From: Candidatus Peribacteria bacterium RIFCSPHIGHO2_01_FULL_51_35
GTDB lineage: Bacteria; Patescibacteriota; Gracilibacteria; Peribacterales; Peribacteraceae
DNA length: 64,000 bases
Assembly (NCBI GenBank): GCA_001787535.1
Contig: MFXP01000002.1
Span: 21,597 to 85,596, forward strand
Reading direction: 5' to 3'
Part shown: in pieces, positions 9,823 through 18,539 of the stretch
Position numbering within the stretch: position 1 is the first letter of the stretch
Layout: the number at the start of each line of letters is the position of its first letter
The notes under the pieces: model-generated
What the model was told of the DNA's origin: nothing
Database searches by the model: none
What the model saw: only the letters and a program-made list of their open reading frames with translations
Made by a program: the position numbers and the translations under genes

Positions 9823-10055
9823 ACTGATTTCTTACGCGTCACAATGCAGCCCATGGATTGCAGTGCGTTTTGAAGTGTTCGCACTTGGCCATGGCAACGT
9901 GAAGGAAGGAATACATGGATCTTCTGTCCCTGCGGCGATGTGCGCACCCAATTCAAAAGAGTCTCTCCGGAGTCGTCGTGTCGAGCAGTCCAGTCGATCA
10001 CGATCCAACTCTTTTCTCTTTGGGAAGCCATAAGTTGGTTTAGCAGGGAAGTCAT
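9750..10055 (-). CDS. Hypothetical protein (~101 aa) whose C-terminus is read from the palindromic element
   Basis: ORF MTSLLNQ...; no motif recognised. Confidence 0.4.
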   Translation of the reverse strand: MTSLLNQLMASQREKSWIVIDWTARHDDSGETLLNWVRTSPQGQKIHVFLPSRCHGQVRTLQNALQSMGCIVTRKKSVCQSEEPCPSAFETLGIAMPRSSV

Positions 10056-10126
10056 GTATGTAGTGTACAGATGTACACCTGAAGAATCAATTAAACAGTC
10101 TTGCACTTCGTACACCTTCCAGGCGA

Positions 10127-10200
10127 AATGACCAATGACCATAGACCAATGACCAAAAAAGAAATCACCCTGGTCATTGGTCATTGCGTCATTGGTCATT
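10127..10200. repeat. Inverted repeat built of AATGACC heptamers
   Basis: 4 x AATGACC-like units, spacer, 4 x TGGTCAT-like units; just downstream of the xer stop. Confidence 0.85.
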
Positions 10201-10209
10201 CATCATCAT

Positions 10210-11136
10210 TTATTTCCCATGGAACTTCTTATGAACCTCTTTGAGTTGAGTATTAGTCACGTGTGTATATATTTGCGTGGTCGAAAGATCTTTATGGCCA
10301 AGCAGTTCCTGCACCGACCGAAGATCTGCGCCGTTCCGAAGGAGATCAGTAGCAAAACTATGTCGGAGTGTGTGCGGAGAAGGATCCGTAACAATCCCCG
10401 CCTGCAGCGCGTATTTTTTGACGACGTTATAAATGCTGATGCGCGACAACCGAAAGTCTTCCCCCGGAGGCAGCATGTTCAGGGCTTTTCCGTGGTCACG
10501 AATAAAAAGGGGATGCAGGTGATCCAGACGAATCTCCAAGTAATCCTTCAATGCGCTCACAGCGACATCGGACAGGAAGACAACCCGGAGCTTGCTGCGC
10601 TTCCCGCGTACGCTGATCTCACGAGTATTAAAGTTAAGATCCTTGCGGTTCAGAGATCGCAGTTCGGCCAAGCGAAGGCCGGTGGAAAAGAAGAGGTTGA
10701 GGATGGCGCTGTCGCGCTTGCCGGACTTGGTGGAGGTATCCGGTGCCTGCAGCAGGCGAATCAGTTCTTCTGCAGTCAGCACTTTGACTTTTCGCTGTTC
10801 TTCTTTAAAACGCTTTACTCTGTCCGGCGGGTAGACATCCATTTCTTCTTCCTGCACCAAGTATCGCAAAAAAGCCCGTAGGATTGTGAGATGATGATTT
10901 TTGGTACGAACACCCAGCTCCTTGTTTTTCTTGGTGCGGAACTCATGGAGCTTCTGCTTATACATTCGTACACTCTCCTTGGAAAAGTCTTTGACCGATG
11001 AGAGAGGGGAAAGGCGCTGCAGAAGAGCCAGGGACTCTCGGTAGTTTTTCACCGTTAATGTCGATTTATTTTCTTCCGATTGCAGGAAGGAAAGGTAACG
11101 ATTGATAGCCTCTGTCAGCGAGTCGCGTTTGGGCAT
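10210..11136 (-). CDS. Xer-family tyrosine recombinase
   Basis: SAM-like N-terminal domain; catalytic R (TGLRLAEL), K (RGKRSK), HTLRHSFAT, LLGH, TTQIYTH. Confidence 0.93.
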   Translation of the reverse strand: MPKRDSLTEAINRYLSFLQSEENKSTLTVKNYRESLALLQRLSPLSSVKDFSKESVRMYKQKLHEFRTKKNKELGVRTKNHHLTILRAFLRYLVQEEEMDVYPPDRVKRFKEEQRKVKVLTAEELIRLLQAPDTSTKSGKRDSAILNLFFSTGLRLAELRSLNRKDLNFNTREISVRGKRSKLRVVFLSDVAVSALKDYLEIRLDHLHPLFIRDHGKALNMLPPGEDFRLSRISIYNVVKKYALQAGIVTDPSPHTLRHSFATDLLRNGADLRSVQELLGHKDLSTTQIYTHVTNTQLKEVHKKFHGK

Positions 11137-11170
11137 AGAATGGCTCTATCTTGGAGACTACCAGATCTAA

Positions 11171-11198
11171 GGTTAACATAAAATGCATTATGTTAAGT
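11171..11198. other. dif-like Xer recombination site (11-6-11)
   Basis: GGTTAACATAA-AATGCA-TTATGTTAAGT; right arm matches the E. coli XerD arm TTATGTTAAAT at 10/11; 35 bp upstream of xer. Confidence 0.8.
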
Positions 11199-11215
11199 TA
11201 TAGAGAGGTGTGCAA
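11187..11215 (-). promoter_or_regulatory. Putative sigma70 promoter of xer, overlapping the dif arm
   Basis: Minus strand TTGCAC-17 bp-CATAAT. Confidence 0.55.
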
Positions 11216-11256
11216 GAGCACTTCCCTGCCCCATTGCCTTGAATAATTCGTGTCCA

Positions 11257-11604
11257 ATGCTTCATACTCATCCTATGGAAATACCGCAAACATTCGCTCG
11301 CCTGCTCGATCGCCCTCCGCCCGGCACCGATATTGCTATGGCCATTCTCCACATTCGCCAACACTTGCCCAAAAGGTTCTTGGAATTCCCTCTCAATGAA
11401 AATGCAATTCATCAGCTTGAAGCGCACAAGCGTTCCTGGGATGATTTATTGGTGGAACAGTCATATGGAAATGATTGCGATACTGCTGAATATAAAACTC
11501 AATGTGAAGAATTTAATGCCATCAGTTTGTCCATCGCTTTGTTGCGCCATTATTTGGAGGACAATTTTAGCCAGCAGAGTGCTACGTCTGCGGCTCAATC
11601 GTAA
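11257..11604 (+). CDS. Hypothetical protein (lower-GC ORFan next to dif)
   Basis: ~115-aa ORF with no motif. Confidence 0.4.
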   Translation: MLHTHPMEIPQTFARLLDRPPPGTDIAMAILHIRQHLPKRFLEFPLNENAIHQLEAHKRSWDDLLVEQSYGNDCDTAEYKTQCEEFNAISLSIALLRHYLEDNFSQQSATSAAQS

Positions 11605-13174
11605 TGTGCGAGAGGATGCGTGGCAGTTCCCCGCTCCATGGCGGCCAGAGCTGAATCTGAACTTTCTCGACCTCCGGAAGGTTTTTGATGATCCGCAGCG
11701 CATCCTCCTTGGACATACCTGCCACTTCCTCGCGCATTTTCTTATTAAGCCTGGCGCCCGTGGGAGCAAGCGCGTCCAAGACGAATTGTTCGGTGCCCGT
11801 GAGATCGACTGTCAGCTTGATCCAGGAGAGGTCATCCGCATAGTCGATGACGTGGACGATCATGCGTTCCATTTTCAATGTATCTTTGAGTAATTCACGG
11901 CCTTCTGTGACGTGCGCTTCCAGTTCTTCGCTGAGCATATTTAAGATCGCTTGAGAGTCGTATGCATACGCGGTGTAGGAGATTTTCCCTTCGATGGGGA
12001 TGGATGTGACGGGCTCGCCCAAGAACTGCGTTGGAAGCACAAAGTCGTGATATTCGATCTTCGTCAGTTCATCGTAGTAGAGCATTTCGTAGACGACGCC
12101 TTCACCCTTGCCCACGTTCCGCAGAATCCTCTCCTCATCCACCAGTTGCTTGGCATTGGAAAGCAACTCGTGCTCCAGTTTTTTCTTCGCAAGATCCACG
12201 TCCGCTTGCGAGAGCACGGTGCGATAGGACGTCGTTCCGCCCTTCACGTCGGCTCGATTTTCCCCGTAGATGAGGGTGCGTTCCTCGGGAGCCAACCCCG
12301 GAAATTCCCATTTGATGCCTGCGGGGACATTCGCGCGCGCGCCGATGATTTCTCCGTAAATGTCCAGGTTTTCCGCACGTGTGCGTATGGTGAGCTCATC
12401 CCCCGCCGAAATGTTGATGGGTTCCAAGGTTTTGAAAATCATGCCCGCCTGGTTCATGAGTCGCGTGCCCGTGCGCAGCGAATAGCGTTCGTTGGATTTG
12501 TTGATGATCGTGATAAGAGCCTCTGCGCTCTTGCCGATGAATTCCTTGCTGATTTGATCGAACGTGATGGATTTTTCGATGATCACATTGATGGGAATGA
12601 GGGGCATGGTACGCACACGGGAGGAAGCTAGCAGCACGGCTCCCGAGGTCGTCAAAAAGATGTTCGCCGTTTGGTTGACGTTGTCTTGTCGCGGCCAAAT
12701 GCGGATTTCTGCGGACGGGAGCAAGCGGAAAAAGACGAAGAGGAAAAGTCCGGCGCTCACGGCGATCAATATCCAAATGCGGATTTTCGGCAGTGACAGA
12801 AGTCCCATGGATTGCAAGCGCGAGCGCAGTTCCTGCCGCCACACGTGCGGCGAAAAAAGGCGGATTGCTTCCTCCGCGCTCGTGTGGTCTTTGAGGATTT
12901 CTCTGAGCTCGCGCGTGCCATCCACCACGCGTACGCCGCTTCTGCGGGTCGCCATAGCCAGCGGTTTCAGTTTTGTTGCGATGCGCAGTCGACTGCGAAT
13001 TTTGACGCACTCCTTCAAAAACCCTTCGCGATCTTCCTTCTTTGGAAAGAGTGTCTCTTCACTGCCGGAGAGCATTGCGATCACTTGCCCCTCGGTTTCC
13101 GAGAGTCGTTTTGCAAATGCACTCCATGATTCTTCTTCCTTGGGAAAAAGAACGATGAGAGATTCGGGTGCCAT
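11582..13174 (-). CDS. Conserved CPR-type membrane protein with baseplate-J-like domain
   Basis: N-terminal cytoplasmic domain, TM helix followed by LPSAEIRIWP, beta domain ending in GGT, C-terminal WPPW...LP. Confidence 0.65.
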   Translation of the reverse strand: MAPESLIVLFPKEEESWSAFAKRLSETEGQVIAMLSGSEETLFPKKEDREGFLKECVKIRSRLRIATKLKPLAMATRRSGVRVVDGTRELREILKDHTSAEEAIRLFSPHVWRQELRSRLQSMGLLSLPKIRIWILIAVSAGLFLFVFFRLLPSAEIRIWPRQDNVNQTANIFLTTSGAVLLASSRVRTMPLIPINVIIEKSITFDQISKEFIGKSAEALITIINKSNERYSLRTGTRLMNQAGMIFKTLEPINISAGDELTIRTRAENLDIYGEIIGARANVPAGIKWEFPGLAPEERTLIYGENRADVKGGTTSYRTVLSQADVDLAKKKLEHELLSNAKQLVDEERILRNVGKGEGVVYEMLYYDELTKIEYHDFVLPTQFLGEPVTSIPIEGKISYTAYAYDSQAILNMLSEELEAHVTEGRELLKDTLKMERMIVHVIDYADDLSWIKLTVDLTGTEQFVLDALAPTGARLNKKMREEVAGMSKEDALRIIKNLPEVEKVQIQLWPPWSGELPRILSHITIEPQT

Positions 13175-14370
13175 TACGTTTCAAGAAGGGCTAAGGCAGG
13201 CAAATGTTTGCCCGCAATGTATTCCAGCATCGCACCGCCGCCGGTGCTCACAAATGTGTATGCATCCAGCGGATAGCCGTAGCGCCGGTGGAAATCAATG
13301 GTGTCTCCCCCGCCGACGATGGTAACGGCTCCCCGCTTTGTTGCGGCCGCAACGGCCTCCGCGATTCTCTTGGTGCCGTGTGAAAAACGATTCACTTCGT
13401 AGAATCCGAGCGGTCCGTTCCAGAGAATCATCTCCGCTTTCTCAATCACCATGATGTAGCGTTCGATGGTGACTTTGCCGATGTCGAAGATCGCCATGTC
13501 TCCGACAATGTCCTCCACCGGAAGATCGATCTTCTCAGCGCCCTCTATCGCTTCGGTGGCAACAACAGCGTCCCGCGGAACGAGAATGTTTGCTTTGCCG
13601 TCATTGTCTGCCAACAACATCAATTCCTGTGCTTTCGGTACATATGCTTCTTCATATTTCGATTTGCCGACATCAAACCCACGTGCCGCAATGAAAGTGT
13701 TCGCGACGCATCCTCCTAGTAAAATGTCGTCGCCTTTCGATAGAAATTGCTCAATGATCGGAATTTTCGTTTCCATCTTTGCTCCACTGATGATGAGCAC
13801 CAGCGGTCTGCGCGGATCATCGTGCACTTTCGACAGATATTCGAGTTCGTGCGCCAGGTTGAGTCCTGCGGAGCTTGGGAGCAACTTTGGAAGCTCCACC
13901 ATGCTGGCATGTTTCCTGTGCGAATTCGTAAATGCATCGTTCACGTACATGTCCCCCAGAGCAGCCAAATGTTTCGCAAGCGAGGGATCATTTTTCTCTT
14001 CGCCCGGTTCGAAGCGCAAATTTTCCACGAGCAACACTTCTCCCGGTTTCAAACTCATTGCCATCTTTTCCGTTTCGCTGCCTACAACATCGGGTGCAAA
14101 TGCAACCGATCTCCCGAGTAGCTTCTCGAGAACGGGAACCAGCGGCTTCTGCGTGAACGCGAGATCTTTCTTTCCTTTCGGCCGACCTTGGTGCGAAAGA
14201 ACAACGAGCGATGCTTCGGCATCCAGTATCACCTTCATGGTCGGAATAACGGCTTCAATACGTTCAAAATCCACTACTTTTCCCTCTTCGATAGGCACAT
14301 CGAATCCGGCACGTACGATCACGCGCTTCCCCTTCATTTTTGATGAATCCATTGTGCGGTAACGGCTCAT
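13174..14370 (-). CDS. pgk: Phosphoglycerate kinase
   Basis: KRVIVRAGFDVP, SHQGRP, LVENLRF, YVNDAF, WNGPLG, GGGDT, STGGGA. Confidence 0.95.
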   Translation of the reverse strand: MSRYRTMDSSKMKGKRVIVRAGFDVPIEEGKVVDFERIEAVIPTMKVILDAEASLVVLSHQGRPKGKKDLAFTQKPLVPVLEKLLGRSVAFAPDVVGSETEKMAMSLKPGEVLLVENLRFEPGEEKNDPSLAKHLAALGDMYVNDAFTNSHRKHASMVELPKLLPSSAGLNLAHELEYLSKVHDDPRRPLVLIISGAKMETKIPIIEQFLSKGDDILLGGCVANTFIAARGFDVGKSKYEEAYVPKAQELMLLADNDGKANILVPRDAVVATEAIEGAEKIDLPVEDIVGDMAIFDIGKVTIERYIMVIEKAEMILWNGPLGFYEVNRFSHGTKRIAEAVAAATKRGAVTIVGGGDTIDFHRRYGYPLDAYTFVSTGGGAMLEYIAGKHLPALALLET

Positions 14371-14412
14371 AGGTGCGTAGTGTACGCAGGAAGTGCAGAG
14401 TTTTCCACTCTG

Positions 14413-14518
14413 TTGACGGAAGATGGCTTCAGTATAAAATTTCATCAAGTGAACGCCATGATGGTGTTCGCACGGCGGCTGAGTGTTAAGGGACTAGAGA
14501 GGTGCTCAGCCGCCTCTT
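14413..14518 (+). ncRNA. Small-RNA-like unit 1 (promoter, hairpin, GCGG-stem hairpin)
   Basis: TTGACG-16-TAAAAT; hairpin 14449-14471; hairpin 14474-14514 (GGCGGCTGAG/CTCAGCCGCC) followed by TCTT. Confidence 0.5.
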
Positions 14519-14529
14519 CATACGAAATG

Positions 14530-14611
14530 TGATATAATTTCTTCACGTGCAGTCGAAACTGCACGTATGAGAACAGCGGCCAAGAACCTTCGGGTTCTTG
14601 GCCGCTTCTTT
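14530..14611 (+). ncRNA. Small-RNA-like unit 2
   Basis: Extended -10 TGaTATAAT; hairpin ACGTGCAGT-cgaa-ACTGCACGT (14545-14566); linker GAAC; hairpin AGCGGCCAAGAACC-TTCG-GGTTCTTGGCCGCT followed by TCTTT. Confidence 0.55.
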
Positions 14612-14633
14612 GATGATATTTTGTAATGATTAC

Positions 14634-14756
14634 TTGACGTTCCTTCCACTCACATTAGTATTTTGATATGCAGCAGCTCTCCAAATCTGTTGCATGTAAG
14701 CAAGGCGAGCTTTTGCTCGCCGGCGGTTGGGACAGGTACCCCCAACCGCCTTTTTT
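14634..14756 (+). ncRNA. Small-RNA-like unit 3
   Basis: TTGACG-16-TAGTAT; hairpins at 14668-14695 and 14704-14721; GGCGGTTGGG/CCCAACCGCC (14722-14750) followed by T6. Confidence 0.55.
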
Positions 14757-14772
14757 CGGCTTCGGACAGAAG

Positions 14773-14875
14773 TTGACGTATTCAATCTTTTACGTAAATG
14801 AGTATTAGTACCTTGCAGCTTGCTGCAAGCGAACAGCGGTCGAGTGCTTCTCCACAGGCCTCGACCGCTCATTTA
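14773..14875 (+). ncRNA. Small-RNA-like unit 4
   Basis: TTGACG box (weak -10); hairpin CTTGCAG-CTTG-CTGCAAG (14812-14829); linker GAAC; AGCGGTCGAG/CTCGACCGCT (14835-14869). Confidence 0.5.
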
Positions 14876-14916
14876 AAAATTCAAGGAATGAGTCTTTTCC
14901 TCTATCATCGGAAGCA

Positions 14917-15984
14917 ATGACTTTGCTTCCACTTCTTGCGTTTGCCCTCACTGCACTGGTTCATCTGGCAGCACTGAAAATTTTTCCGGCGCTCGGAATT
15001 CTGGATTTTCCCGAACGGTACGGATTCAACCGCCCGAGACTCCCCTATCCAACGGGAATCCTTTTGATTATTTGTTTCATCGCAATTTTTCTTTTTCTCG
15101 AAGAAATGACGATGCAGTCTGTGGGCGTGACCATCGGAATCGCGCTGCTCGGCATCTTCGCATTCATCGATGACCGCACTCCCCTCCCCTCTTCGCTCAG
15201 GCTCGGTATTCAGATCCTGGTTGCGCTGATTATTTTCCTCACCGGAACACGCATCTTTTCGCTCACGAATCCTCTTTCTGTCGTTTTCCCTTCCTCTGTC
15301 ATCGACCTGGATAACCTGGTTATCCCTTGGGCCTTTTTTAGCAATCCTTCCGTCATTGGAGCGCTGTTCACGGTCATCTGGCTCGGGCTCACGATGAATG
15401 CCTTGAACTGGTTCGATGGTATTCCGGGACAAGTGAGCACACTCTCGGCGATCGGTTTCTTCACGATTGGATTTCTTTCGTTGAGTGACCGCGTGAATCA
15501 ACCCGAACTCGCAACGATCGCTTTTGTTCTCGGATCCATCTCCTTGGCGGCACTGCTTTTCGATTTCCCCCCGCCTCGCGTGCTCATGGGCGATACAGGG
15601 TCGATGTTTTTTGGCCTCATGCTCGGCGTGCTTACGATCTACGCGGGTGGAAAAGTGGCAACGGCGTTCCTTGTCCTCGGCGTACCATTGATTGATAGCT
15701 TGATCGTGATCGTGCGACGTTTGCTGAAAGGCGTTTCGATCTTCCGTGGCAATACTCGCGATGAACATCTTCACCATCGCTTACTTCTGAAAGGATGGTC
15801 TGCGCGGCAGATTATTTTGCTCACAGCGGCCATCGGTGCAGGCTTCGGCACGAGCGCTCTCTTCATGAGCACATTGGAAAAATTCCTTGCGGGGATCGTG
15901 TTATTCATTCTCATGCTGTTTCTTTCCTATTATTCACGTCCCGAGATCGATCCCGCAGGCGCGGGATCGATCTCTACGAAATAA
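14917..15984 (+). CDS. Glycosyltransferase family 4 (WecA/TagO/MraY-like polyprenyl-phosphate GlcNAc-1-P transferase)
   Basis: Multi-TM; FIDD, NALNWFDGIPG, LMGDTGS, HLHHRL motifs. Confidence 0.88.
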   Translation: MTLLPLLAFALTALVHLAALKIFPALGILDFPERYGFNRPRLPYPTGILLIICFIAIFLFLEEMTMQSVGVTIGIALLGIFAFIDDRTPLPSSLRLGIQILVALIIFLTGTRIFSLTNPLSVVFPSSVIDLDNLVIPWAFFSNPSVIGALFTVIWLGLTMNALNWFDGIPGQVSTLSAIGFFTIGFLSLSDRVNQPELATIAFVLGSISLAALLFDFPPPRVLMGDTGSMFFGLMLGVLTIYAGGKVATAFLVLGVPLIDSLIVIVRRLLKGVSIFRGNTRDEHLHHRLLLKGWSARQIILLTAAIGAGFGTSALFMSTLEKFLAGIVLFILMLFLSYYSRPEIDPAGAGSISTK

Positions 15985-15991
15985 TCTTGCC

Positions 15992-16318
15992 ATGAATTTT
16001 TCTCACTATCATCTTATCGTGTACGTTCCCCTTTCGCACGCGGATGCTGTTCGAAAGGCATTGGCCAACGCAGGCGCAGGAATGATCGGGAACTATGACA
16101 ACTGCTCCTTTTCGATGAAAGGAGCAGGACGGTTTAGACCGCTCAAGGGCTCAAATCCTACAATTGGAAAACAAGGAAAAATCGAAGAAGTACCGGAAGA
16201 AAGAATCGAAGTGGTTGTGACCTCACACCAATTGAAAGGAGTGGTCGAAGCCGTTAAAAAGGTTCATCCGTACGAGGAACCGGCCATTCATGTGCTTCCC
16301 ATGATTCTGGAGCCTTGA
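15992..16318 (+). CDS. YqfO/NIF3-insert (PII/CutA-like) domain protein
   Basis: VYVP...AGAGMIGNYDNCSF...G.GRFRPL.GSNP.IG...HPYEEPA. Confidence 0.85.
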   Translation: MNFSHYHLIVYVPLSHADAVRKALANAGAGMIGNYDNCSFSMKGAGRFRPLKGSNPTIGKQGKIEEVPEERIEVVVTSHQLKGVVEAVKKVHPYEEPAIHVLPMILEP

Positions 16319-16353
16319 AACAGGAGGAAATGCTCTGTAGTGTTCGTACCTTT

Positions 16354-17037
16354 ATGCTGCCACAACACGAGCGAGCCAAAGAGCCCATCTCCCAAATTCT
16401 GTCCGCCTCAACCGACAAGGAGCGCATTTGTGCAATTTCAGAAATAATGAAACTTTTTGTCGATGAGCTCCGAATACGAATACTTCATGTTCTTCTTGAG
16501 AGTGATGAGATGCACGTTAAGGCTTTGTCTAGATGGCTTCGGATGTCACAGCCTGCAGTTTCTCGTCACCTTGCATTGCTAAGGCACGCCGGAGTGCTCA
16601 CTCTGCGGAAAGGCGGGAAATATAATTTCTATAGTATTAGTGAAAATTTTCGAGAACTTCTGAATGTCTGCATTCCGAATACTATCCAATTATCGGAGAA
16701 TTCTTGGCAAATTGAAGGTGATGGTTCAATGGCTGATGGGAAACCATTTCCTGTAGAGCTACCTCTACAATCATTTCCACAAACACCATCTCAGTCTCCG
16801 CGTTCAGCGGAAAAGCCGATCAAAAATCCTGTGGATTATGTGTTCACGAGAATCAGAGATGCTATTCGTCCGGAGTATCAATCTGATTGGGATCAGAAAA
16901 GAGAACTTGCGGAGGATATAATCTCGAGGCGCTTAGAAGGAGGAGCTTCACCGAAAGATTGTGCAGAAGCAATGATCGCGAACATGGCAAAATCCAAAAG
17001 CGCACATCAGATGCGTGACGCTGAATCAAAAAACTGA
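16354..17037 (+). CDS. ArsR/SmtB-family HTH regulator with C-terminal extension
   Basis: RIRILHVL...MSQPAVSRHLALLRHAGVL..RK.GKYNFYS; lower GC. Confidence 0.7.
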   Translation: MLPQHERAKEPISQILSASTDKERICAISEIMKLFVDELRIRILHVLLESDEMHVKALSRWLRMSQPAVSRHLALLRHAGVLTLRKGGKYNFYSISENFRELLNVCIPNTIQLSENSWQIEGDGSMADGKPFPVELPLQSFPQTPSQSPRSAEKPIKNPVDYVFTRIRDAIRPEYQSDWDQKRELAEDIISRRLEGGASPKDCAEAMIANMAKSKSAHQMRDAESKN

Positions 17038-17040
17038 TAA

Positions 17041-18492
17041 TTATTCCTTCTCGTACTTCATCGGGCTGCTCAGGATTCCTCCCGGCTGCACCTGCACGAC
17101 GACTGTTTGGTGTCCGCGCGGGAGCATCTGCACCACAGCTTCGCCGTTTTCAAAGTCGAGCGCGGAGAGCGTTTCCGGTCGGAATTCCGCCGTGCCGTAG
17201 GCGCTCCTTAAATACAGATCACTCGTGAGTTCCGGTGAGCGAATGGGACTGCCCTGTGCATCCAGCAGACGGATTCTGAGCTTCTCCCAACCGCGGCTGA
17301 ACGCTCCGTCATGCATCAAGTCGATACTTGTCACGTTGTTCGATGTGATCATGAGAGGTGCGGCGGCGGCAACCGTTTCCTGCTTGATGATTTCAATCGG
17401 AACATCCTGCGGCGCTTCCGCAAGCTGGACGATGGCAGTGTTCTTCAATTCCATCGCAATGCGTCTGCTTTCACGGTTCTTGATGCGCTGCTCGCGCCGC
17501 TCGGCAACCGTCATGCGTTTTCGAACCGTCTTTTCGATTGTTTCTTGATCGGAGTTCTCGGCAACCGTGATGACGGGCTTGTAATGCGCTTGCACGTATT
17601 CCAGCGGGTTCACCGTGCACTGCAGACCGTACTCGCGCTTAAGTCCCGTGTTGATGGCTTCCGCGAAACTGACACCCGCCTCCTTCATGTCCGACGTTGT
17701 GAACGACCAGAACGGATTGCCTCCGATTTCCGTGCCGTCTTTGCAGACGTCACGCTGCACTTGGAAGTGCAGGTGCGGCCCGGAGGCATTGCCCGTCATG
17801 CCGCTCGCTCCAATCGTCTCGCCTTTTTGCACCACGGTTCCGTTGGAAACGAACACGCCGCTCAGGTGAGCGTAGAGCGAGTACAGCGTGATGACTTCAG
17901 TGGGCTTTTCCGGATTCGGCACGCGCGGATGTTTGACGATGATGTACTTGCCGAAGCCGCTCGGCTGCTCCGCAGTCGCGATGACGATGCCTTGCATAAT
18001 GGAACGCACGGGCGTTCCTTCCGGGACGCGAATGTCGATGCCTACGTGCCCTCCGCGTCCTCCTCCTGTCTTGTACGTACCAAAGTGATCAACCGAGAAG
18101 ACGATCTGTTCGAGGACGTCATCCTTGCCCAATGCATCATGAGATCTGTAGGAAGGCAGTGGAATAAGCAGATCTTTCGGCACTTGGCGATACGTGTGCG
18201 TACCGGAATCGCCGCCGTACAGAGACCATTTGCGATAGTCCGGGACGAGTTCAATCGGCTCGATTGTTCCATCGTAGACGATCAAGCTATCATCGTACTG
18301 TCCCATCACGGACTTCCAGAACACGTGCCAACCGTGTTGCCCCACCATGTTCCCCGTCACAAATGCGAACAGAGAAAGCACGGCCACCCAGAAAGACGTC
18401 CTCTCTGCCAAATAATGGAATGCATGCGGCTCCTTCTTCTTATGAAGAGCGGCGGAGCGGAAGCCCAAGCGCTTTTTTGACACAGTATTCAT
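17041..18492 (-). CDS. M23-family metallopeptidase, membrane anchored
   Basis: HVGIDI (HxxxD), YAHL, GPHLHF (HxH). Confidence 0.85.
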   Translation of the reverse strand: MNTVSKKRLGFRSAALHKKKEPHAFHYLAERTSFWVAVLSLFAFVTGNMVGQHGWHVFWKSVMGQYDDSLIVYDGTIEPIELVPDYRKWSLYGGDSGTHTYRQVPKDLLIPLPSYRSHDALGKDDVLEQIVFSVDHFGTYKTGGGRGGHVGIDIRVPEGTPVRSIMQGIVIATAEQPSGFGKYIIVKHPRVPNPEKPTEVITLYSLYAHLSGVFVSNGTVVQKGETIGASGMTGNASGPHLHFQVQRDVCKDGTEIGGNPFWSFTTSDMKEAGVSFAEAINTGLKREYGLQCTVNPLEYVQAHYKPVITVAENSDQETIEKTVRKRMTVAERREQRIKNRESRRIAMELKNTAIVQLAEAPQDVPIEIIKQETVAAAAPLMITSNNVTSIDLMHDGAFSRGWEKLRIRLLDAQGSPIRSPELTSDLYLRSAYGTAEFRPETLSALDFENGEAVVQMLPRGHQTVVVQVQPGGILSSPMKYEKE

Positions 18493-18539
18493 AGTTTGTT
18501 TTTATGTATATATAATATCATATTTTGACCAATTAATCA

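Noticed and set aside
10210-13174. Prophage (integrase plus baseplate-J-like gene)
   Set aside because: The recombinase is chromosomal Xer-like with a dif-like site, the neighbours are housekeeping genes, and there are no capsid, terminase or tail genes.
14630-14872. 80-aa minus-strand ORF
   Set aside because: No motif; it runs antisense through the hairpin units and is best explained as a shadow ORF.
14413-14875. CRISPR array
   Set aside because: No identical direct repeats or regular spacers, and no cas genes; the units share structure, not sequence.
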